Shown: positions 19,289-29,297 of the stretch, piece by piece | Layout of the letters: each line of letters opens with the position of its first letter | Position numbering within the stretch: the first letter of the stretch is position 1 | Source of the DNA: Dehalococcoidia bacterium | Lineage (GTDB): Bacteria > Chloroflexota > Dehalococcoidia > Bin125 | DNA length: 64,000 nucleotides | Assembly (NCBI GenBank): GCA_963663895.2 | Contig: CAXXRD010000001.1 | Span: 128,001-192,000, forward strand | Reading direction: 5' to 3' | Notes under the pieces: model-generated | Database searches by the model: none | What the model was told of the DNA's origin: nothing | What the model saw: the letters and a program-made list of their open reading frames with translations, nothing else | Made by a program: the position numbers and the translations under genes

Positions 19289-21970
19289 TTACAGGAGCGA
19301 AACGGGGTCGATGTCGACCGTCCATCCCTGGGGCAAGCTGCAGAGGCGTAAGAGCGGGATCGGATCGGCGCCACGCAGGGTGATCTGCCAGCGGTACCGG
19401 CCCAGACGCCGGTAGACATACGCCGGCGTCGGGCCCAGGACCTCCGGACCGGGCAACCCTCGGCGATCACGCTCCTCGCGCAACTGCGCTGCCATTGTCA
19501 CCGCGGTTTCGCGCGCGCGCGCATCGTTGGAATGCTGGTAAACGAGGCGGGCGAGACGGCCGAAAGGCGGGTAGTCGTGCTGTGCGCGTGCCGCCATCTC
19601 TGCCTCGAAAAAGGCCGTGTAGTCGTGCGCGGCGGCGGCGAGAATCGCGTAGTGATCCGGCACATAGCTCTGCACGATCACGCGTCCGCCGCGTGGTCCT
19701 CTGCCAGCCCGCCCTGCCACCTGCGCCAACAGTTGGAAAGTGCGCTCGGGACCGGTGTAATCAGGCAGCCGCAGCGCGAGATCGGCGTTGACGACGCCCA
19801 CCAGCGTCACCGCCGGTAAGTCAAGCCCGGTCGCGATCATCTGCGTCCCAATGAGCACGTTGGCTTCGCCCTGCTGGAAGCGCTTGAGGATCTGCTCGTG
19901 GCCGCCGCGCCTGCGGGCCGTGTCGCGATCCCAGCGAATCGGACGCGCCGATGGGAAGTGACGGCGCACAGCCTGCTCCAGCCGCTGGGTGCCAAGCCCC
20001 AGCGGGCGTAAGAGGTCTTGGCCGCAGCTTGGACAGTCGCTCTGCGGCGCGGTGGCGTACCCGCACTCGTGGCAGCGCAGCAGTTCCGGTTCGGCATGCA
20101 TCGTTAGCGGCACCGCGCAGCGCGGGCAGATCAGCGCCTCGCCGCAGCCGCGGCAGACCAACCCAGACACGCCGCGCCGATTGAGCAACAGCATCAGCTG
20201 TGCACCTACCTCCAACACCTCTCCGATCGCATCGGTCAACGCTCGGCTAAAGATCGAGCGGTTCCCTGCCCGCAACTCCTCCCGCAGGTCCACGATCTCA
20301 ACCGCGGGAAGCGGTACCGGCTGAGCGGGCGCACTCCTGCCGTCCGAGACAGCGCTGTGGACGCGCTGGGGTAAGTGCAACCGACGATAGCGGCGGCGCT
20401 GGGCACGCGCCGCCGTGACCACGTCCGGCGTCGCCGTGCCGAAGACCGCCACCGCACCGGTCAATCGACAGTACTCCTCAACGACCTCGCGTACGTGGTA
20501 GCGCGGCGCCAAATCCGTCTGCTTGTATGTCCACTCGTGCTCCTCGTCGACGATGACGAGGCGCAGGTTCGGTTGGGGGGCAAACAACGCGGACCGCGAC
20601 CCGATCACAACGTCGGCGTGACCAGAGCGAATGCGCTGCCATTGGTCGTAGTCTTCGCCCAATGACAGCGCGGAGTGTTGTACGGCGACCCGGCCCGGAA
20701 ACCGCGTCGCAAACCGCTCAATCGTTTGCGGGGTGAGGGCGATCTCGGGCACCAGGACGATCACACGCCCCCCGTGCGCGATAGCATTCTCCGCCGCTGC
20801 GAGATAAACCTCCGTCTTGCCGGAACCCGTCACTCCCTGCAGGAGGAACACCACACTCGATGGGCGGGCACTGACCGCACCCGCTTCTTCGCGCGCGCGC
20901 GCGAGCGCGTCGGCAATCGCTCGGTATGCGCGGGCCTGGTCAGCCGTCAGCTTCACCTGCTCGACGGGACGAGTGACCAGATCGGCGAGCGGGTCACGCT
21001 CGACGCGCCGTCTGACGCGGCGGACTCGTCCCGCCTCGACTAGCGCGTCGATATCGGCTGCGGTGGCGTCGAACTCCGACTTGAGATCGCTCTCGGAAAC
21101 CGGCCCGCCGACGAGTGCGCGCAATAGCGCGACTTGTGCCCGCTCCGCTCGCGTCCGACGCAGGGCCGCGATCAGATGCTGAAGCGTCTCCGCGTCCGCC
21201 GTCGTGCGCAGCTCGCTTCCAGTGCGCTCCACGACCGAGTGAGTAGCGAGGAAACGCTCCAGCATGGCGCCACCACCGACGAGGCGGCGAGCCTCGGTGA
21301 GTGGAATCGGACCCTCGCCCAGCCGCGTCAGTAGTTCAGCGGGACGTGATCGCTTCGATTGCGGCCAATCCCGCACGACCGCCCGCGCGGCGTTCTCGCC
21401 CACCGTCAACTCCACCCACGTCTCGACCTTCTCTCGTACACCGGGCGGTGCCAGATCGAAGCGTTCTTCCAGCAATCCGCGATCCACGAGCTTACGAACC
21501 ATCGCGGACCGCCGCTTTCCCAAACGCTTGGGGAGGGCGTCAAAGGCAAGCTCGCGCTTCGCCCTGACTGCATCAACAAGGGCACGCGCGTCGCCGGTCA
21601 GCGAGGCGTTAGCGGCGCGCCCCGCCTCCGTCACCCGCAGCCAGCGACGGGGCTTGCGTTGGAAACCGGGCGGCAGGAACAACCCGGCGCACCTGCTGAT
21701 CGGAGCTAAGTACGCATCTGCGATCCAGCGCGCCAGCGCGGCCTGTGCGCGCGTCAGGAGTCGTCCTTCGTCGATACGCGCCCGGATCTCCCGCGTCTCG
21801 GAGACCGCAGGCGTTTCCGTTAGCTGCAACACCACGCCCTGCAATGTCTGCCGTCCGAAAGGCACGTAGACGCCGTCGCCAACGCGGATCGCAAGATGCG
21901 GCGGAATGGCGTACGAGAATGTGCCGCGATCGGGGCGTCCGGAGTAGACCGCGACCTCGGCAAAAGGCAA
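19289..21970 (-). CDS. priA: Primosomal protein N' helicase
   Basis: GVTGSGKTEVY, VPEIALTPQ, DEEH, four CxxC motifs, QVAGRAGR. Confidence 0.97.
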   Translation of the reverse strand: MPFAEVAVYSGRPDRGTFSYAIPPHLAIRVGDGVYVPFGRQTLQGVVLQLTETPAVSETREIRARIDEGRLLTRAQAALARWIADAYLAPISRCAGLFLPPGFQRKPRRWLRVTEAGRAANASLTGDARALVDAVRAKRELAFDALPKRLGKRRSAMVRKLVDRGLLEERFDLAPPGVREKVETWVELTVGENAARAVVRDWPQSKRSRPAELLTRLGEGPIPLTEARRLVGGGAMLERFLATHSVVERTGSELRTTADAETLQHLIAALRRTRAERAQVALLRALVGGPVSESDLKSEFDATAADIDALVEAGRVRRVRRRVERDPLADLVTRPVEQVKLTADQARAYRAIADALARAREEAGAVSARPSSVVFLLQGVTGSGKTEVYLAAAENAIAHGGRVIVLVPEIALTPQTIERFATRFPGRVAVQHSALSLGEDYDQWQRIRSGHADVVIGSRSALFAPQPNLRLVIVDEEHEWTYKQTDLAPRYHVREVVEEYCRLTGAVAVFGTATPDVVTAARAQRRRYRRLHLPQRVHSAVSDGRSAPAQPVPLPAVEIVDLREELRAGNRSIFSRALTDAIGEVLEVGAQLMLLLNRRGVSGLVCRGCGEALICPRCAVPLTMHAEPELLRCHECGYATAPQSDCPSCGQDLLRPLGLGTQRLEQAVRRHFPSARPIRWDRDTARRRGGHEQILKRFQQGEANVLIGTQMIATGLDLPAVTLVGVVNADLALRLPDYTGPERTFQLLAQVAGRAGRGPRGGRVIVQSYVPDHYAILAAAAHDYTAFFEAEMAARAQHDYPPFGRLARLVYQHSNDARARETAVTMAAQLREERDRRGLPGPEVLGPTPAYVYRRLGRYRWQITLRGADPIPLLRLCSLPQGWTVDIDPVSLL

Positions 21971-22023
21971 GGGCGGGCTCCTTCCCTACGCGGAGCCCTC
22001 CAAGGCCGACAGCCGCTCCAAGT

Positions 22024-22392
22024 CTAGTAACTGTGGACCGGGCGCTTCGCGTAGCGTGGCCGCTGCGGAATCCTGGCGGCTTTACCGGTGCGATCCCGCA
22101 GGTAATAGAGCTTGGCCCGCCGCACACGGCCCCGGCGGGTTACCTCAACCCGCTCGATACGCGGCGAGTGATAGAGGAAGGTCCGCTCGACGCCGACCCC
22201 ATGCGTCACGCGGCGAACCGTGAAGTTGCTGGAGCTCCCCTTTTTTCGGATCCCCAGCACGACCCCTTCGAACACCTGCGTTCGCTCGCGATCGCCCTCC
22301 ACCACCTTGGCGTGCACGCGCACCGTATCGCCAGGCTGAAACTCTTCGATAGCCGGGTTCTTTTCGAGGTCGAGAAGGTCGCTACGGTCCAT
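22024..22392 (-). CDS. rplS: 50S ribosomal protein L19
   Basis: [27 protein letters not shown]. Confidence 0.98.
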   Translation of the reverse strand: MDRSDLLDLEKNPAIEEFQPGDTVRVHAKVVEGDRERTQVFEGVVLGIRKKGSSSNFTVRRVTHGVGVERTFLYHSPRIERVEVTRRGRVRRAKLYYLRDRTGKAARIPQRPRYAKRPVHSY

Positions 22393-22518
22393 ACGGCTTA
22401 TCCACCACCGGGTCGAGCTTGGTTGGGGCAGGCATTTATTGTAGGTAAGGTCCAGCGGCCGAGGCGAGTAGCGAACACCTCAGAACAGCCCTGTTGCGCG
22501 GCTCAGCCGACTACTTGA

Positions 22519-23235
22519 CTACTCGAAGACCGCCCGATCCTCCTCCGCGAGGTTCGCGCGCTCCAAGAGATCCGGCCGGCGGGCCGCCGTACGTCGCAAC
22601 CGCTCGGCGCGACGCCAGCGCGCGATCGCGGCATGGTCGCCACTGAGCAACACCTCCGGCACCGACCAGCCTCGAAACTCTTGCGGGCGAGTGTACTGCG
22701 GGTACTCGAGCAACCCACCGGTATGCGACTCCTCGTCAAGGGACGCGACAGAGCCGAGCGCGCCCGGCAACAACCGCACAATGGCTTCCACCACGACCAG
22801 CGCGGGCAGCTCGCCGCCTCCCAGCACGTAGTCCCCGATGGAAACCTCGTCATCCGCCAGATAGAGACGCACGCGCTCGTCGAATCCCTCGTAGCGGCCA
22901 CAAAGGAGAATGAGCCGATCCGCGTTGCGAAGTTCGCGCGCCAGATCGTGGTTCAGCAGCCGCCCTTGCGGTGACAGCAGCACCGCGCGCCCCGGCGGCC
23001 CGGCCTCCGCGCGCAGCTGCTCGACGCAGCGGAAGAGGGGCTCCGGCCGCATCACCATGCCCGCGCCGCCCCCGTACGGAGCATCATCGACGCTTCGGTG
23101 CCGATCCTCGGTCCAGGCCCGTAAGTCATGCACCGTGATTTCGACGATGTCTTTCGCGCGCGCGCGCGCCACAATGCTCGTCTCAAGCGGCGCCCGGACC
23201 ATCTCCGGGAAGATCGTGACGATATCGATGCGCAT
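22519..23235 (-). CDS. trmD: tRNA (guanine37-N1)-methyltransferase
   Basis: VDDAPYGGGAGMV, CGRYEGFDER, SIGDYVLGGGE. Confidence 0.98.
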   Translation of the reverse strand: MRIDIVTIFPEMVRAPLETSIVARARAKDIVEITVHDLRAWTEDRHRSVDDAPYGGGAGMVMRPEPLFRCVEQLRAEAGPPGRAVLLSPQGRLLNHDLARELRNADRLILLCGRYEGFDERVRLYLADDEVSIGDYVLGGGELPALVVVEAIVRLLPGALGSVASLDEESHTGGLLEYPQYTRPQEFRGWSVPEVLLSGDHAAIARWRRAERLRRTAARRPDLLERANLAEEDRAVFE

Positions 23236-23251
23236 GCTCTAGTTATCCAAC

Positions 23252-23749
23252 TCAAGCGGGATGATCGGCGGAGGGGCCGCGGATCAAATCCACAGCGTGT
23301 GGGAGCAGTTCGACGAGCGGCGCGAGACTCTCGCGGACACCCTTCTCGGATCCGGGCAGATTCACGATCAGAGTACGCCCCGCCACGCCAGCGACCCCAC
23401 GGCTGAGGGCCGCGTAGGGCGTCTGCTTTCGTCCCTCCCCTCGCATTAATTCCGCCACGCCTGGGATTTCCCGCTCGATCACGGAGCGGGTTGCCTCCGG
23501 GGTGACATCGCGTGGCGCGAGTCCCGTGCCGCCGGTGGTGACGATCAGGTCGACGCTGCCCGTAGCAACCCAGTCGCGGAGCGTTTGCTCGATGCGATCA
23601 CGATCGTCCGGGACGATCGCTTTTTCCACGATCTGGTGCCCCAGCGGTACCAACAGCTCAGCGATCGCGACACCGGACTTATCTGCGTACTCCCCTCGGC
23701 TGGCTCGATCGCTCAAGGTCAGGATCCCCACGCGAATGGAGTCTGCCAT
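23252..23749 (-). CDS. Molybdopterin adenylyltransferase (Mog/MoaB family)
   Basis: TLSDRASRG, TTGGTG, RDVTPEAT, NLPGS. Confidence 0.92.
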   Translation of the reverse strand: MADSIRVGILTLSDRASRGEYADKSGVAIAELLVPLGHQIVEKAIVPDDRDRIEQTLRDWVATGSVDLIVTTGGTGLAPRDVTPEATRSVIEREIPGVAELMRGEGRKQTPYAALSRGVAGVAGRTLIVNLPGSEKGVRESLAPLVELLPHAVDLIRGPSADHPA

Positions 23750-23855
23750 CTGGGAAACCTCCTTGAAATGCGCCAAAAGCCCCTGGCGGGAAAGGGAATC
23801 AAGCGCCGGCGGGGAATTTTACCGAAGGATCTTGACAGCCCTTGTTGACAGCAAC

Positions 23856-23900
23856 GGGTGAGTAATGGGAAACTTTGGCGCGACATGGGGAGAAATGGGG
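23856..23900 (+). promoter_or_regulatory. MraZ-binding DCW boxes
   Basis: GGGTG, TGGGA, TGGCG, TGGGG, TGGGG at exact 10-bp period upstream of mraZ; TTGACA at 23845-23850. Confidence 0.8.
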
Positions 23901-23975
23901 AATTTGGCTAAGCACCCCACACCGGAGAACCGCTCCGCCTCTCCCCAGGAATGAAACGGATGATGGCCCCTCGCT

Positions 23976-24407
23976 ATGGCTTTTCGTGGCAATTACGAAC
24001 ACTCCCTAGACAACGGCGGGCGAGTCGCCATCCCCGCCCGTTTTCGGGATGCCTTTGCGGACGGGGGCGTTTTGAAACCGAGCCCCGACGGCTGCCTGGA
24101 ACTTTATACCGTCGTGGATTTCGAGACCACGGCCCGCGAACTCTCCACGGAGAGCGCGCAACAGCACCGGGGCCGGCGCGTGCGCCGCGCCATATACGCC
24201 ATGTCTTACGACGTCGAGATCGACCGACAGGGCCGCATCCTCGTTCCGCAAACGATGCGGAGCCACGCTGGGTTGGAAGGTGCAGTAGTCCTGGCCGGGC
24301 GCGGCGAGTGTCTGGAAATTTGGAGTGCGGAGGGCTGGAGGCAGGAGCAAGCGACGGTCGAGAGCGAGCACGCCGCCATCCTGGAAGCCCAGGGGAGCGT
24401 CGGATGA
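23976..24407 (+). CDS. mraZ: Transcriptional repressor MraZ
   Basis: FRGNYEHSLDNGGRVAIP, IDRQGRILVP, LEIW. Confidence 0.96.
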   Translation: MAFRGNYEHSLDNGGRVAIPARFRDAFADGGVLKPSPDGCLELYTVVDFETTARELSTESAQQHRGRRVRRAIYAMSYDVEIDRQGRILVPQTMRSHAGLEGAVVLAGRGECLEIWSAEGWRQEQATVESEHAAILEAQGSVG

Positions 24408-25306
24408 GTGCTCCCGGCACCCACGTCGCCGTTATGGTGCAAGAGCTTGTGGAGCTGCTTCAGGTGCGCCCCGCAGGTCGCTACATCGACTGCACCGTCG
24501 GCGCCGGCGGCCACGCCGCCGCGATCCTCGAAGCCGGCGCACCGGACTGTCGGCTTCTCGGCATTGATGCCGACCCCCAGGCGATCGCGCTTGCGCGCGA
24601 GCAGTTGGCGCCGTTCGGCGAGCGGATCACCCTCGCCGAGAGCTATTCCAGTGCGATCGCCCAAGTCGCTGCCGATCAACACTTCGTCCCCGCGGACGGA
24701 TTGATCTGTGATCTGGGCGTTTCAAGCATGCAGTTGGACCAACCCGAGCGTGGGTTTTCCTTCCGGGCCGAGGGTCCGTTGGACATGCGTTTCGGGCCGT
24801 CGGCGAACTACACGGCCGCCGACATCGTCAATTCGGAGTCACAGGAGGAGTTGACCCGCATTCTCTACGAATACGGCAACGAGCGTCGCTCACGGCGTAT
24901 CGCCCGTCGCATCGTGGAGAAGCGTCCGTTCAGCTCCACCACTCAACTCGCCAAAGCCGTCGAGCAGGCCGCGGGAGAGGGCCGCCAAGCCAGTAGAAGT
25001 AGTAGAGTTCACCCCGCCACCAAAACCTTCCTGGCCCTCCGCATTGCGGTCAATCAGGAGCTTCAGCACCTGAAGACCGTGCTCGCCGAAGCCCGCGGCC
25101 TGCTCGGCTTTGGATCACGCTTCGCCGTGATCAGCTTTCACTCCTTGGAGGATCGCGCTGTCAAGCGCTTCCTTCAGCATGCGTCGCGCGGCGAGACACC
25201 GACGTTCCGCCTGCTCACTCGCAAGGTGGTTCGTCCGAGTCTCGAGGAGGTGCGCCGCAATCCACGGAGTCGCAGCGCTCGACTGCGCGTGGCTGAGGCA
25301 ATCTAA
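24404..25306 (+). CDS. rsmH: 16S rRNA m4C1402 methyltransferase
   Basis: DCTVGAGGHA, DLGVSSMQLD, ISFHSLEDR, NPRSRSARLR; ATGA overlap with mraZ. Confidence 0.97.
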   Translation: MSAPGTHVAVMVQELVELLQVRPAGRYIDCTVGAGGHAAAILEAGAPDCRLLGIDADPQAIALAREQLAPFGERITLAESYSSAIAQVAADQHFVPADGLICDLGVSSMQLDQPERGFSFRAEGPLDMRFGPSANYTAADIVNSESQEELTRILYEYGNERRSRRIARRIVEKRPFSSTTQLAKAVEQAAGEGRQASRSSRVHPATKTFLALRIAVNQELQHLKTVLAEARGLLGFGSRFAVISFHSLEDRAVKRFLQHASRGETPTFRLLTRKVVRPSLEEVRRNPRSRSARLRVAEAI

Positions 25307-25308
25307 CG

Positions 25309-25755
25309 ATGCGTCGCAGCCCTGCGCTCTCCGCACCTGCTGCGGGGGAGGCAGCGCTAGGCGTCCGTCCGATCCATGGTTTCCGCTTCCCTGTCTGGGT
25401 CTGGGTCGCCGCGGCTGGCCTGACGCTGGCGGCGGTGATTCCAATCCTCCAGGCCAGCAGCGCCACGAGTACTAGCGCCGAACTCCAGGCGTTGGAGAAC
25501 GAGCGAGCGGCGCTGCAGGCCGAGGTACGGTTGATCGCGTCGCAAGTCGGCGAGCTCGCGTCCCTGCAACGCGTTGCGGACGCCGCGCGAGAGCGGCTTC
25601 GCCTCACGCCGGCAGAACCCACCACGGTGCTCCATATCGACGCGCCGCCGCCGCCGCGCGTGCTCCCGCGACGATTGCTTCCTCCCGAAGACCGCACTTT
25701 CGAAACCAAGCTCAGTTGGTGGCAACAAGCAGTGAATTTAATCGTGTTCGACTAA
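25309..25755 (+). CDS. ftsL: FtsL-like cell division protein
   Basis: One TM plus leucine-zipper coiled coil; position between rsmH and PBP. Confidence 0.7.
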   Translation: MRRSPALSAPAAGEAALGVRPIHGFRFPVWVWVAAAGLTLAAVIPILQASSATSTSAELQALENERAALQAEVRLIASQVGELASLQRVADAARERLRLTPAEPTTVLHIDAPPPPRVLPRRLLPPEDRTFETKLSWWQQAVNLIVFD

Positions 25756-25808
25756 GCGCGCCCTGGTGCTGGTCGGCGGTCGGGGCGTGAGCGCGGGGGG
25801 GACACGCG

Positions 25809-27890
25809 ATGAGCGGCGATGCCGGCCCAAACAGATGGCGCCTGCGTCTGATGGCGCTCGTTCTCATTGGGCTGGCGACCGTCTTAGTCTTACGCCTCGC
25901 ACAAGTGCAGATCCTGGATCACGAGCGTTACGCGACGGCGGCGCGTGAGAACCATCTCTCGGAGCAGACCGTGCAGGGTCCGCGAGGCGCGATCCTGGAC
26001 CGCAACGGGCTCCCCCTCGTTACCGGCGTCGAAACCTTCGACATCCACATCGACCAGCAAGCCTGGGAACTGGACTCGACGAATGAACGTCTAGCAGTCG
26101 AGCGCCTGGCGGTACTGCTAGGAGTCAGCCCAGAGCAAGTACGATCCATCGCGGGCGCGGGTCCCGAACGGAATGTCTTACTAGCGACCCACGTCCCGTA
26201 CGTCCTCGGCGAGGCAATCATCTCGGAGGGGCTTCCCGGTGTGAAGATCACGCCCTCAGGGGTTCGGCGCTACTCCGAGGGGAGCCTGGCCAGTCAACTG
26301 CTGGGCTTCGTCGGCCGGGACGGCGAAGGCCTCTCCGGCGTCGAATTCGAATTCGAATCCCTCCTGCGCGGCGACCCCGGGTCGGTGGTAGCCGAACGCG
26401 ACAGCGCCGGCAATCCGATCCCGTTCGGGCAGCGCACCGTGGAGCCTCCCGTGCCCGGTGCAGATATCGTTCTCACCATTGACCGTAACCTGCAACGCCG
26501 CGCCGAAGCGGCGTTGCAGCGCGCCCTGGAAGACACCGGCGCGCGGGGCGGCACGATCCTCATCATGGATCCGCACACGGGTGACCTCCTGGCCGTCGCG
26601 TCCGCGCCGAGTTTCGACGTGAGCACCCTCAATCTCAACGACCCCAACCTCGACCCATCGCTGTTCCGAAACCGTGTCGCGACAGATATCTACGAACCCG
26701 GATCGGTCTTCAAGGCGATCACGATGGCGGGAGCGATCGACGCGCGGGTCGTCACGCCCACGACCACTTTCAACGACACCGGGGCGATCGCGATCGGGAC
26801 CCGCACGATCCGCAATTTCGACCTCTCTTTCCACGGCCGCCAAACGATGACGCAGGTCCTGCAGCGTTCGCTCAACACCGGCTCAACCTGGGTTGCCCAG
26901 CAGCTTGGACCGACTCTCTTCTACGACTACGTGCGTCGCTTCGGTTTCGGGGAGACCACTGACTCCGGCTTCTCCAGCGAAGCGACCGGACTGCTCAAGG
27001 AGCCAGGAAACCTATTCTGGTCGGAGGTTGATTTAGCGACGAACTCCTTCGGGCAGGGGATCTCCGTTACCCCGCTGCAGATCGTGCGTGCCTATTCCGC
27101 AATCGCCAACGGCGGTCGGCTCGTGCAGCCGCGGATCGTACGCGCGCTCATCACGGAAGGCGGCGTGAGCGAGTTCGCACCCCTCTGGGGAAATCGCGTC
27201 ATCAGTGAAGAAAGCGCCCGGACGATGCGTTTCATGATGCAGGCCGTCGTCGACGGCGTACGTGGTCACCCGGCGCAAATTAGCGGCTGGCCCATTGCCG
27301 GTAAATCCGGCACATCCGATGTAGTCGAAAGTGGCAAGTACATTGAGGGAGAAGCCATCGCCTCATTCGCCGGCTTCGCGCCCGCCGACGATCCGCGCAT
27401 AGTGATGCTGGTCAAGATCGATCGCCCGCAAGGGGAGATCTTCGGCGGCGTCGTCGCTGCACCCGTCTTCTCGCGTCTCATGGCACAGGTGCTCCCTTAT
27501 CTCGGCGTCCCCCCAAGCTCCTACGTCGCGGAGCCGACGATCTTCGACCCGCCCTCCGATATCCGAATCGGCGTCTTAGACCCGGATACCGAACCGTTCG
27601 ACGATGGATCGCGAGAGCAGGACACGGGAGATGGCGGCACGGGAGGTAGCGAGGAAGACCTCGCTATCGATCAGACTCCGAGGGATCCGTCCCCCGACGA
27701 GACCCCGAGCAGCGATGGCTCCGTAGAGAGCGCGAACGGCACCGCCGATTCCACCGAGCAACCCAACGAGGGCGCAGGCAGCGAAACCGGCGACAGCAGC
27801 ACGACCGCGCTACCAGAGCCCGCGCCAGCCGCGCCGGCCTCTCCTGACTCCCCATCGGTCGCCGCCCCGGACGGAGTGTCCGAACCGTGA
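25809..27890 (+). CDS. ftsI: Class B penicillin-binding protein (FtsI-like)
   Basis: RGAILDRNG, EPGSVFK (SxxK), SLN, KSG; acidic C-terminal tail. Confidence 0.93.
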   Translation: MSGDAGPNRWRLRLMALVLIGLATVLVLRLAQVQILDHERYATAARENHLSEQTVQGPRGAILDRNGLPLVTGVETFDIHIDQQAWELDSTNERLAVERLAVLLGVSPEQVRSIAGAGPERNVLLATHVPYVLGEAIISEGLPGVKITPSGVRRYSEGSLASQLLGFVGRDGEGLSGVEFEFESLLRGDPGSVVAERDSAGNPIPFGQRTVEPPVPGADIVLTIDRNLQRRAEAALQRALEDTGARGGTILIMDPHTGDLLAVASAPSFDVSTLNLNDPNLDPSLFRNRVATDIYEPGSVFKAITMAGAIDARVVTPTTTFNDTGAIAIGTRTIRNFDLSFHGRQTMTQVLQRSLNTGSTWVAQQLGPTLFYDYVRRFGFGETTDSGFSSEATGLLKEPGNLFWSEVDLATNSFGQGISVTPLQIVRAYSAIANGGRLVQPRIVRALITEGGVSEFAPLWGNRVISEESARTMRFMMQAVVDGVRGHPAQISGWPIAGKSGTSDVVESGKYIEGEAIASFAGFAPADDPRIVMLVKIDRPQGEIFGGVVAAPVFSRLMAQVLPYLGVPPSSYVAEPTIFDPPSDIRIGVLDPDTEPFDDGSREQDTGDGGTGGSEEDLAIDQTPRDPSPDETPSSDGSVESANGTADSTEQPNEGAGSETGDSSTTALPEPAPAAPASPDSPSVAAPDGVSEP

Positions 27891-27915
27891 GGCCTGTACA
27901 GCGACAGGAGGCAGC

Positions 27916-29297
27916 GTGATCAGTCCACAGCAGTTAGTGTCGTTGTTGGGGCCGCTGCTCCTGAACCCCCGCAACGACTACTCGCCAACGCCTTTCTGCG
28001 ACGCGATCGTGGACTCGCGTCGCGCACGCCCCGGTGCGCTCTTCATCGCTCTGCGCGGAGAGCACACGGACGGACACTACTTCTTAGGCGACGCGATGGA
28101 TCGAGGCGCCGCCGGCCTGCTCTGCCGCTTCGTCGCGGACGCCCTCCCCGGATCGGATCGCCGCGACGAGGTGACGCTTTTTCAAGTCGAGGACCCGCTC
28201 TCCGCTCTCCAGACAGCAGCCAAACGGTGGCGGGAGCAGCATGGGGTGCGCGTTGTGGGGCTCACGGGAAGCGTAGGGAAGACCACAACGCGAGAAGCGA
28301 TCGCCCAGATGCTCGCCCGGCGCGCGCCCACCCTGGAAAGCCCCTTCAATTACAACAGCGAGATCGGTCTACCCCTCTCCCTCCTACGACTCGAGCCGCA
28401 GCACACCTGGGCAGTGCTCGAAATGGGACCCTACGATCTCCGCGAGATCTCGCTGCTCTGCGAAATCGCGCAGCCGGAGATCGGCATCGTCACGAATGTC
28501 GGGCCGACACACCTCGAGCGCTTCGGTTCGATCGAAGCGATCGAGGAGGCCAAAGGCCTACTGCCCGCCTCGCTGCCCGCCGACGGCTTGGCAGTCCTTA
28601 ACGCGGACGATCCCCGCACGCTGCGCATGCGCAACCGGACCGCTGCCCGCATTCTTACCTTTGGGCGCACGGCGCCAGCTGACGTCCGCGCGACCGATGA
28701 AGCCTCGCAGGGTCTCGACGGCATTAGCTTCACCCTGACCTTCGAGGGCCAGTCCGTCGCCGTACGCACCCCGCTCGTCGGAGTCCACCACGTCATGACG
28801 GCGCTCGCCGCCGCCGCGGTCGCTCTCGGTACCGGGTGGACTCTAGCCGAGACCGCCGAGGCCTTGTCGATGCTCCGTGCCGGCCAGCGTCTGAAGCCGC
28901 GCCGCTCCTACTCCGGCGCGCTCATCTTGGACGACACCTACAATGCGGCTCCCCTATCCATGCAGGCAGCATTGGATCTCTTGGCCGAACTGCCCGGACG
29001 GCGCATCGCGGTACTGGGTGACATGTTGGAGCTCGGAAGCGAAGAGCAGGCCGGCCACCGCGCGGTGGGCGCGTACGCGGTTGGACGCTGCGACCGCCTT
29101 GTCGCCATCGGCGATCTCGGCAAATCACCGCCGACGCCGCCTGGGATGCTGGCCACCGGCAGATCCAGTGGTTCGAGGACAAGGAGCCAGCGACGCAACT
29201 CCTCCGACAGGAGTTGGGCGCGGACGACATCGTCCTGATCAAAGCCTCGCATGCCCAAGAACTCGAAACAGTCGTTGAGGCTCTGATCACCCCATGA
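27916..29297 (+). CDS. murF: UDP-MurNAc-tripeptide--D-Ala-D-Ala ligase (frameshift near 29124)
   Basis: GLTGSVGKTT, DDTYNA, LGDMLELG; adding one A restores DIVLIKAS and the stop overlapping the mraY ATG. Confidence 0.93.
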
